Positions 1-7,559 of a stretch of 10,922 bases of DNA are shown here, in pieces (position 1 is the stretch's first letter; every line of letters begins with the position of its first letter). Both the position numbers and the translations under genes were made by a program. Source of the DNA: an uncultured delta proteobacterium. Its GTDB lineage: Bacteria > Desulfobacterota > Binatia > UBA9968. The notes beneath the pieces are model-generated. The model ran no database searches, was not told the DNA's origin, and saw only the letters and a program-made list of their open reading frames with translations. Location: positions 1 to 10,922 of the forward strand of contig CAVUVW010000028.1 in NCBI GenBank assembly GCA_963745035.1, read 5' to 3'.

Positions 1-1
1 G

Positions 2-139
2 AAGGTGCAAGCGACCTGGGATGCCAAAGCGGCGAAAGCCCAGGCAGAGGACTTCGTCGATCTCCGTTTCGTTGACAACCTTAAGAAGAGCGGTTTTCTC
101 ACCAAGCTCTACGGCACTGACGCGGTAAGCAAGAAATGA
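2..139 (+). CDS. 3' end of a gene truncated by the window edge; probably an ABC-type (NMT1/SsuA/TauA-like) substrate-binding protein
   Basis: Frame 2 is open from base 2 to TGA at 137-139 and reads KVQATWDAKAAKAQAEDFVDLRFVDNLKKSGFLTKLYGTDAVSKK*. The 'A..EDFVD.RFV..L..SGF...LY' tail resembles C-termini I recall from this SBP class. It is absent from the supplied ORF track because it has no start codon. Confidence 0.6.
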   Translation, partial: KVQATWDAKAAKAQAEDFVDLRFVDNLKKSGFLTKLYGTDAVSKK

Positions 140-348
140 CGATGCGAAATTGAATTCGCCGATATGCGGCAAACGAGCGGAGCAAGCGGTGACGATTGTC
201 TGAACATCGAAGAAAATCTCCGAAGCCGGTCACCAGCAGGGCAAAATCTCTCGGAGCAGGCGGGCTGAGTCGGTCGTGCGGAGTATCCGCGCAAAAAATT
301 GGCACGCCAGAAGTCGAAAGCTGGCCGTAACGACAGGAGACGGAGATC

Positions 349-1410
349 ATGAAAAAGCACGTTTCGCTCAGCCTTGTCATTAGCTTTGCGCTGTTCAGTT
401 TCGCATTTCTGCGGCCAGCGGGCGCGGAAGACTTTTACCGTGGCAAAACTTTGCGCTTCATTGTCGGTTATGCGCCCGGCGGCGGCTACGATACGTACAC
501 CCGTGCCGTCGGGCGATACATCGGCCGGCACATTCCGGGCAATCCCTCGATCGTTGTGGAAAACATGGAAGGGGCCGGAAGCCTGTTGGCGGCAAACTAC
601 ATGTTCAACAAAGCCGAACCGGACGGCTTGACGGTGGGAAATTTCAACAGCGGAATGGTGACTCAACAAGCTCTGGATGCGCGCGGCATTCGTTTTGACG
701 CGCGCAAGTTCGGCTGGGTCGGCGCGCCCGGCAAGGGATGGCCGACTTGCATGGTGATGGGATTTACCGGCCTGCGAACGCTCGATGATGTCATGAAATC
801 CGGCGACAAGCTCATGTTCGGCGGCACCCGCGCGGGCGCTTCTTCGGATGACCTGCCCAAGCTCATGAATGCGCTCATGGGAACTAATCTCAAGGTGATC
901 TCCGGCTACAAAGGCACGGGACCCATCCGCGTGGCTCTACAGAGCAGAGAGATCAACGCGCTTTGCTCCGGCTGGGAATCCATGCGGGTCACGGCGCGGG
1001 CCCTACTGGACGCCCAGGGCGATGACAAACTGATACCTTTCGTGTTTCACGGCAAGGTGGAAGACCCCGAGGTCAAGGATCTGCCCCAATACACCAAGGT
1101 CATCAAAGGCGACGAAAACCTCGCTGCCTTCAAAGCATGGGTCAACCAATATGAATTTCAGCGCCCGCTGATGGTTCCCCCGAAAACTCCGAAAGACAGA
1201 TTGCTGACACTGCGCACGGCGTTAGAAAAAACGCTCACGGATCCTCAATTCCTCGCCGATGCGCGTAAGAGCAAGCTGGTCATTGAAAATGTCACGGGGG
1301 AAGACGTTGAAGGTTCGGTGAAAGAAATCTTGTCGATTTCACCCAGTGTGAAAAAGAAACTGGCGGTGCTGCTGCCGGGGAAAGGTCCCCAAGTGGCGGG
1401 GCAAAAATAA
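349..1410 (+). CDS. tctC: TTT family (TctC/Bug) periplasmic substrate-binding protein, copy 1, subfamily A
   Basis: 353 aa. Sec-type signal peptide ending AGA|EDFY. Family motifs GYAPGGGYD, VVENMEGAGS, AEPDGLT, RPLMVPPKTP and DPQFLADA. SD AGGAG at 335-339. Confidence 0.93.
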   Translation: MKKHVSLSLVISFALFSFAFLRPAGAEDFYRGKTLRFIVGYAPGGGYDTYTRAVGRYIGRHIPGNPSIVVENMEGAGSLLAANYMFNKAEPDGLTVGNFNSGMVTQQALDARGIRFDARKFGWVGAPGKGWPTCMVMGFTGLRTLDDVMKSGDKLMFGGTRAGASSDDLPKLMNALMGTNLKVISGYKGTGPIRVALQSREINALCSGWESMRVTARALLDAQGDDKLIPFVFHGKVEDPEVKDLPQYTKVIKGDENLAAFKAWVNQYEFQRPLMVPPKTPKDRLLTLRTALEKTLTDPQFLADARKSKLVIENVTGEDVEGSVKEILSISPSVKKKLAVLLPGKGPQVAGQK

Positions 1411-1455
1411 GAATCGAAGAAATCGAATCGACTAAGAAAACAGGAGGCGAAATCG

Positions 1456-2511
1456 ATGAATCTAAAAATCCTGCTCGCCGTTGCCAATAGTATCGGACTG
1501 TTTCTTCTTAGCGCTGCAACTCGATCCGAGGCCGCGGATTTCTATAGCGGCAAAACCATCCGCTTCGTCGTCGGCGCTCCGGCCGGCGGCGGCTACGATA
1601 CCTATACCCGCTCCATCGCCCGACACCTCGGCAAGCACATTCCCGGGAACCCAACGATGGTCGTAGAAAACATGGACGGCGCGGGTTCACTGATTGCCGC
1701 CAATTACGTCTACAACAAGGCTGAACCAGATGGACTAACGATCGGCGTGTGGATCAGCGGTCAGATCATCCGCGACGCCTTGGGCGATCGAAGCACTAGA
1801 TTCGACGGCCGGAAATTCGGCTGGATCGGCGCGCCGAGCAAGGGCGCGCCGACATGCGCGATGATGGGCTTTACCGGGCTAAAACCTGGGACTGATGTGG
1901 TCAATGCAAAGCGCTCCATCAAGATGGGCGGCGTTCGCGCGGGGACTGCCTATGACGATGTGCCGACCATTCTTAAACAACGTGGCGGGAACAAAGTTTG
2001 ATTTGATCTCGGGCTTTGCCGGGCACGGCCCCTATTCGACTGGCGCTGCAAAAGCGAGAAGTCGAAGGGGCCTGCTCTGGGGTGGGAATCGATGAGAGTT
2101 TCGAATCGGGCCATGCTCGACGCGAAGGGCGATGAGAAACTGATTCCCTTCATCACCCACAAAAAGCTCGAAGATCCTGAAGTGAAAGATCTGCCGCTGT
2201 TTACCGAGGTGATCAAGGGTGAAACCAATCTGGCAACCTATGCCACGTGGGCGGCTTCTTACGAGTTTCAGCGGCCCTTTTCATTGCCGCCCAACGCGCC
2301 CAAGGAGCGACTTGAAACTTTGCGTAAAGCCTTTGCTGCAACCTTGCGGGATTCCGCATTTTTAACCGAGGCGAAGAAGACCAAGCTCGATATGGAACCC
2401 GTGTCGGGGGAAGAGATTGATGGATACGTCAAGCAGATCTATTCAATGCCGGACAAGGTGAAGCACAATCTCGGGTTCTTGGTGAAATCAACCAAGAAGA
2501 AAAGCAACTAA
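1456..2511 (+). CDS. tctC: TctC/Bug SBP copy 2, subfamily A; frame interrupted by three +1 insertions (probable sequencing errors, pseudogene not excluded)
   Basis: ORFs 1456-2001, part of 1895-2095 and 2092-2511 join into one 350-aa protein if one base is removed from AAA 1975-1977, GGG 2021-2023 and GGGG 2079-2082. The result reads ILNNVAGTKFDLISGFAGTAPIRLALQKREVEGACSGWESMR, colinear with copy 1. GAPAGGGYD motif present. SD AGGAGG at 1442-1447. Confidence 0.88.
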
Positions 2512-2562
2512 TCTGGACAGCCTTGAAAGGGTGACTCCAGTTGAAAAGGGAGGAGACTGGTA

Positions 2563-3617
2563 ATGAACTATCGAAATTTATTGCTGCCGTTGGCCATGAC
2601 GGGAATTCTGGCGGCGTTCGGCGTGTCCCAAGCTGTAGCCGATGATTTTTACGCCGGCAAAACGATTCGCGTCACCGTGGGCTTGGCCGCCGGCGGCGGC
2701 TACGATACCTACGCGCGCATCATCGCGCGGCACATGGGCAAACATATTCCGGGCAATCCGAGCTTTGTCGTCGATAACATGGAAGGCGCCGGGGGCCTGA
2801 TTGCGGCTAACTACACTTATAACAAGGCCGACCGCGACGGCACATTTATCGGCGTATGGAACAGCGCCTATGTTCTTTATCAAGCACTAGGTGATAGAGC
2901 CGTCCGTTTGGATGCAACCAAGCTCAACTGGATCGGTGCGCCGATCAAGGGGTCGCCGAGCTGCAGCATCATGGCCCATACCGGCCTGAAGTCCATAGAT
3001 GAAGTCGTCAGCTCCGGCAGAGGAACTCAAGATGGGCTCCACGCGAGCGGGCTCGACTTACAATGACTTGCCGATGATCTTGAATCAGACGGTGGGTACC
3101 AAGTTCAACGTGATCAATGGCTATAAGGGCACCTCGCTGATCACGGTGGCTATGCGATCGAAGGAACTCGACGGCGGCTGCTGGGGATGGGAGTCGGCGC
3201 GGGTGACGGCGCGAGCGATGTTGGATGCCAGCGGAGATCAGAAACTCATTCCGATTCTCAATCATAAGAAATGGGAAGACCCCGAGGTTGCCAACGTGCC
3301 GATCATTCGAGACTACATCAAAGCGAAAGGCGGCAGCGACGGAGTGCAGCTCTTCAATGCGTGGATCAATCAATACGAATTTCAGCGTCCGTACGTGGCG
3401 CCGCCGGGAGATTCCGAAAGACCGAGTCGAAATCCTGCGCAAAGCGTTCAAAGCGACCCTCGAAGATCCGGAGTTCAAGGCCGAGGCCCGTAAATCGAAG
3501 CTCGTGATGGAATATGTCTCCGCCGACGAAATCAACGGGCTGGTCAAAGATATTCTGAACATTTCGCCCAAGGCGAAAGAAGGACTGCAATTTCTCGTGC
3601 GAAAGCAGACGAACTGA
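2563..3617 (+). CDS. tctC: TctC/Bug SBP copy 3, subfamily A; frame interrupted by two +1 insertions
   Basis: ORFs 2563-3066, 2999-3493 and 3225-3617 are consecutive pieces. Removing one base near 3019-3022 and one from GGG 3406-3408 gives a 350-aa protein with GLAAGGGYD, VVDNMEGAGG, CWGWESAR and YEFQRPYVAPP. SD GGAGGAG at 2549-2555. Confidence 0.88.
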
Positions 3618-3678
3618 TGCGGACGCAAGTCGCAGGCGCACGCGCGCCAGCTCCTGCCGCGCAGCAAAAGGAGTCGCC

Positions 3679-4722
3679 ATGAAAAACCGCTTTGCGATAT
3701 TCGCCGTGCTCGGTGTGGCCGCGCTCGCTCTAACCATGCCCGCGACCAGCCGCGCCAGCGAGTTCTATGAGGGCAAGAACATTCGTTTCATAGTCGGCTT
3801 TGCCGCCGGCGGCGGTTATGACGCCTATACGCGCATGGTGGCGCGGTATATCAGCCGCTACATTCCCGGCAATCCGTCGGCGGTGGTGGAGAACATGGAC
3901 GGCGCGGGCAGCGTCATCGCCGCCAACTACATGTACAGCAAGGCGGGAAAAGACGGCTTGACCGTCGGTATTTGGAATTCACACAACGTCTTCAATCACA
4001 TGATGGGCGATCCGAGCATTCGCTTCGACGGGCGGAAATTCGGCTGGATCGGTTCGCCTAGCACAGATTCTGTCGCTTGCGCCATCATGGGTTTTTCCGG
4101 TCCCAAGACTTTCGATGAGATCGTCAAGTCAGAGAAACCCATTCGCATGGGTGCCACCCGAGCCGGCAACACGACCCAGCTGCCGGCCATGCTCAATCGC
4201 TGGGCCGGCGCTAAATTCGATGTGATTCCAGGTTACACCGGCACGTCAAAGATTCGGCTTGCGATGCGCTCCCGTGAAGTGGACGGCGCCTGTTGGACAT
4301 GGGATTCCATGCGATCCACGGCGCGATCAATGCTCGACGCTAAGGGCGATGACAAGATGATTCCATTTGTTGTCAATGGCAAGTGGGATGACCCGGAGGT
4401 TAGAAACATCGCCCAGTTTCACGACGTGATCAAAGATAAGGACGATCTCAACGCTTTCAAAACCTGGAACGCCGCCAACGATATTGCCCGACCGTTCTCG
4501 ATTCCGCCGGGCTCGCCTCCTGAGGCTCTCAAGATTTTACGCAAAGCCTTTAAGGCCACTATGGAAGACAAGGATTACAAAGCCGATGCCGAGAAATCCA
4601 AGCTTACCGTCGACTACACTTCCGGCGAGAAGATCGAGCGGTCCGTCGAACAGATTTATTCGGTCTCGCCGGATGTAAAACAGCGGCTCGAGTTCTTGTT
4701 CAAGAAGCGGCCGACCTCCTAG
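3679..4722 (+). CDS. tctC: TctC/Bug SBP copy 4, subfamily A; directly upstream of the permease
   Basis: 347 aa. Signal peptide followed by EFYEGK. Motifs GFAAGGGYD, VVENMDGAGS, KDGLT, CWTWDSMR and RPFSIPPGSP. SD AGGAG at 3669-3673. Confidence 0.93.
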   Translation: MKNRFAIFAVLGVAALALTMPATSRASEFYEGKNIRFIVGFAAGGGYDAYTRMVARYISRYIPGNPSAVVENMDGAGSVIAANYMYSKAGKDGLTVGIWNSHNVFNHMMGDPSIRFDGRKFGWIGSPSTDSVACAIMGFSGPKTFDEIVKSEKPIRMGATRAGNTTQLPAMLNRWAGAKFDVIPGYTGTSKIRLAMRSREVDGACWTWDSMRSTARSMLDAKGDDKMIPFVVNGKWDDPEVRNIAQFHDVIKDKDDLNAFKTWNAANDIARPFSIPPGSPPEALKILRKAFKATMEDKDYKADAEKSKLTVDYTSGEKIERSVEQIYSVSPDVKQRLEFLFKKRPTS

Positions 4723-4730
4723 GAGGGTCG
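4712..4730 (+). promoter_or_regulatory. Hairpin overlapping the tctC4 stop codon and the tctAB Shine-Dalgarno sequence
   Basis: CGACCTCCTAGGAGGGTCG contains the perfect palindrome CCTCCTAGGAGG (4715-4726). It folds into a 7-bp stem (CGACCTC/GAGG-g-TCG) with a CTAG loop. Confidence 0.5.
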
Positions 4731-4734
4731 ATTT

Positions 4735-6849
4735 ATGGAGTATTTCAACGCGTTCAACGACGGGCTGATCAAAATTCTGCCGCTATCGACACAAGGAACG
4801 GAGACGTTCCTCTATATGATGCTGGGAATGGCGATTGGCTTCGCCGTCGGCATCCTCCCCGGTCTTGGCGGTGCCACCACCCTGGCGCTCATGTTGCCGT
4901 TTATTTACAACATGGACCCCATTACGGCGTTTGCCTTCCTCCTGGGCTCCAACGCCGTCACCGCCACGACCGGGGACATTACGTCGGTATTGTTCGGCGT
5001 GCCCGGTGAAGGGATTACCGCCGCCACGATTGTCGACGGTCATCCAATGGCGAAGCAGGGTGAAGCCGGACGCGCGCTCGGCGCCTCGCTCATGAGCTCT
5101 CTGGTCGGCGCAGTGTTCGGCGCCTTTATGCTGGCGTTGGCGATTCCCATCGTCGCTCCTCTGGTGCTCTCGATCGGCTCGGCGGAATTTTTCATGCTTG
5201 CGCTCCTCGGCATCACCTTCGTCGCTTCTCTCAGCGGCGCGAATGTTCCGAAAGGCCTGGTGGCCGGCGGTCTCGGCCTGGTGCTCGCGATGGTCGGCCT
5301 CGACCCGATTGAAAGCGTGCCGCGATTTACTCTCGAAGGGCTTTTGGGCGAAGACAATGCGCTGTTTCTTTGGGACGGTGTTTCGCTCATCGCCGTCACC
5401 GTCGGACTCTTCGCGATTCCCGAGATCGTAGATCTCGCCGTCAAAGGTACGAGCATCGCAGGCGATAGGGCGCCGACGAAATTGGGCGGGGTCATGGAGG
5501 GGGTCAAGGATACGTTCCGTCACTGGAAGCTCGTGCTGCGCTGCAGCGCCATCGGCGCCTACATCGGCCTGATTCCCGGTATGGGCGGCGGACCGGCGCA
5601 GTGGCTGGCTTACGCCCACGCGGTGCAGACCTCTCCCGGAAAAGAGCGCTTCGGTAAAGGCGCCGTCGAAGGCGTTCTCGGTCCCGGCGCGGCGAACAAT
5701 TCCAAAGAGGGCGGATCGTTGATTCCCACGCTGGCCTTCGGCGTTCCCGGCAGCGTCTCGATGGCGATCCTGCTCGGCGCCTTTATCATTCAGGGCATCG
5801 TGCCAGGACCGGACCTTTTAAATCCGGCCAAGCATCTGACGCTTACGATGTCCTTTGTCTGGATCATCGTTATCACCAACATCATCACCGTAGCGATCTG
5901 CTTTCTCTTCCTCAATCAGCTCGCCAAGGTCACATTCATCAAAGGCACGTACCTGATCCCGCTCCTGCTTTTGTTGATTTACTTGGGCGGCTTCGCGGTT
6001 AAAAATAGCTTCGGCGATATGATGCTGGTAGTGCTTTTCGGCGCCATCGGCTGGTTCATGGTCAAGTTCGACTGGCAGCGCCCGCCGCTATTGCTCGGTT
6101 TGGTTTTGGGCGGGATCGCCGAGAATAATCTCTTCATCGCCAGCCGCATCTACGGTTACAGTTGGCTCCTGCATCCGGGAGTTCTGGTGATCGGCGCCAT
6201 CATTCTGTTCGGCACGCTTTATCCGTACCTGCAGGGTTGGCTCAAAAAGCGGTCGGCCAGCGGTGACGCCTCCGAGGCGGCGCCAAGAAACGCCGCGACG
6301 CGGACCGTTCGTGTGCCGTTGTTGACTCGCATCACCGGCTCCGTCTTCGCCCTGCTGATCGTGGGAGTCATGAGCTATGTTGTCTACGAGGCGATGTACG
6401 GCTTCGGCTCCTTCGAGCCGCGCGCCGGAATATTTCCGTGGGTGGTCGGCGTGCCATGTCTGGCGCTGTCGCTCTACATCTTTGCCAAAGAAGCGCTGAC
6501 ATCCACCCAAGAAATCAAAACCGGCGGCCAGTATGCGATACCTGACGAGCCCGAGATCGAGCCGATCGTGGCGCGACAGCGCACTTTCGCCATCGGCTGC
6601 TGGATCGTCGGCTTTTTTATCGCCATTTGGGTCGTGGGATTTATCCCGGCCTCGGCGATCGCGACATTTCTTTATTTGAAATTCGGCGCCGGTGAACGTT
6701 GGCCGGCGACGTTGGCGATCACGGCTGGCTGCTGGTTGTTTTTCTTCGGCTTGTTCGATTACGCATTGCAGCTGCCGTTTCCCCAAGGCGCACTATTTGA
6801 ATGGTTGCCGGTAAGCTTTGCGCAGCTGCCACCTAGTCTCATCGGATGA
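4735..6849 (+). CDS. tctA: TTT permease TctA fused to a C-terminal TctB-like small membrane subunit
   Basis: 704 aa and highly hydrophobic. About aa 1-500 carry TctA hallmarks: GILPGLG, VDGHPMAKQGEAGRAL, GLDPI..VPRFT, GLFAIPEI, GLIPGMGG, AANNS..GGSLIPTLAFGVPGS, QGIVPGP and PPLLLGLVLG..AE. A polar linker at about 6244-6320 is followed by roughly 180 aa with 4-5 hydrophobic segments, a FPWVVG motif and a TctB-like end (LFDYALQLPFPQG). SD AGGAGG at 4721-4726. Confidence 0.9.
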   Translation: MEYFNAFNDGLIKILPLSTQGTETFLYMMLGMAIGFAVGILPGLGGATTLALMLPFIYNMDPITAFAFLLGSNAVTATTGDITSVLFGVPGEGITAATIVDGHPMAKQGEAGRALGASLMSSLVGAVFGAFMLALAIPIVAPLVLSIGSAEFFMLALLGITFVASLSGANVPKGLVAGGLGLVLAMVGLDPIESVPRFTLEGLLGEDNALFLWDGVSLIAVTVGLFAIPEIVDLAVKGTSIAGDRAPTKLGGVMEGVKDTFRHWKLVLRCSAIGAYIGLIPGMGGGPAQWLAYAHAVQTSPGKERFGKGAVEGVLGPGAANNSKEGGSLIPTLAFGVPGSVSMAILLGAFIIQGIVPGPDLLNPAKHLTLTMSFVWIIVITNIITVAICFLFLNQLAKVTFIKGTYLIPLLLLLIYLGGFAVKNSFGDMMLVVLFGAIGWFMVKFDWQRPPLLLGLVLGGIAENNLFIASRIYGYSWLLHPGVLVIGAIILFGTLYPYLQGWLKKRSASGDASEAAPRNAATRTVRVPLLTRITGSVFALLIVGVMSYVVYEAMYGFGSFEPRAGIFPWVVGVPCLALSLYIFAKEALTSTQEIKTGGQYAIPDEPEIEPIVARQRTFAIGCWIVGFFIAIWVVGFIPASAIATFLYLKFGAGERWPATLAITAGCWLFFFGLFDYALQLPFPQGALFEWLPVSFAQLPPSLIG

Positions 6850-6861
6850 CGAGGTTACACG

Positions 6862-7559
6862 TTGGATTTGACTCAATTCTTGAGCGATATTTTTAGTTTT
6901 AAAATACCAATAACCCCGGCGGTCGTGCTGCCGATGCTTATCATCGCAACGGCTGCTCTCGCCTACTTGGTCTATTTTGTTACGCTGCGGATTGTTCGTG
7001 GCCTGGGCAAGCGCGCTCGATAGCGGCGATGAAGGCTACGTCGAACGCATCGGTTGGCGCAGCACGCGAATTCGCATGCTGCCGAATAAAACCGCAGTGG
7101 TACCCAACAGCAAACTCGTTCAAAGCACGATCATCAATTATGTATGACCTGCCTGATCCAGAAGTGGCGGTCCTTGTATAAGTCGGCGTGCATTACGACA
7201 GCGATCTGAAGAAAGTTGAACGGGTGACCAAGGAAGTCGCGAAAGAAATCATGGACACCGTCATGGGCGCGGTGCCGAGCTTCGAGTCCTTTATCCGCTA
7301 CCACACCTTCAATCAATCGAGCATTGACTTCACGATCATCCTGCGCGCTCAACGATTCGTCGATAATTACTTTATCAAACATGAATTCATCAAAGCGTTA
7401 CAGAAAAGGTATCGGGAAGAAGGAATCGTTATTCCGTTCCCGACCCGCACCCTCGAACTCAAGGTCGATTCCGAGAACGCGGCGCGATCGCGTGAGCCAA
7501 GCAGCAGAGGAGCACATCAATTGATTGGAACCTTCCCAAAGAAAAGGAGCGTTTTATGA
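6862..7559 (+). pseudogene. mscS: Small-conductance mechanosensitive channel (MscS family) pseudogene
   Basis: Three pieces in three frames. (i) TTG 6862 (SD GAGGT 6851-6855) to TAG 7021-7023 encodes an N-terminus with one TM helix. (ii) 7016-7141 encodes the MscS beta-domain LDSGDEGYVERIGWRSTRIRMLPNKTAVVPNSKLVQSTIINY. (iii) 7143-7559 encodes YDLPDPEVAVLV*VGVHYDSDLKKVE...FNQSSIDF...EEGIVIPFPTRTL with an in-frame TAA at 7179-7181. The pore-forming TM region is absent. Confidence 0.85.

Noticed and set aside
228-300. Resemblance to a c-di-GMP-I (GEMM) riboswitch (GGTCAC...CAGGGCAAA...GCGCAAA)
   Set aside because: There is no GNRA-capped stem of suitable length between the two conserved blocks and no following tetraloop-receptor stem. 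An Rfam scan would settle it.
2513-2560. Hairpin CTGGA...TCCAG and possible anti-SD pairing upstream of copy 3
   Set aside because: The stems are short and interrupted, with no U-tract, and cannot be told from chance without conservation data.
1975-3408. Programmed frameshifting or phase variation in SBP copies 2 and 3
   Set aside because: The runs are only 3-4 nt, there is no slippery heptamer, and each gene would need two or three independent events.
6862-7023. Standalone 53-aa membrane protein as an extra transporter subunit
   Set aside because: It is better explained as the N-terminal piece of the deleted mscS, since MscS beta-domain sequence begins within its last codons in another frame. 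A residual function cannot be excluded.
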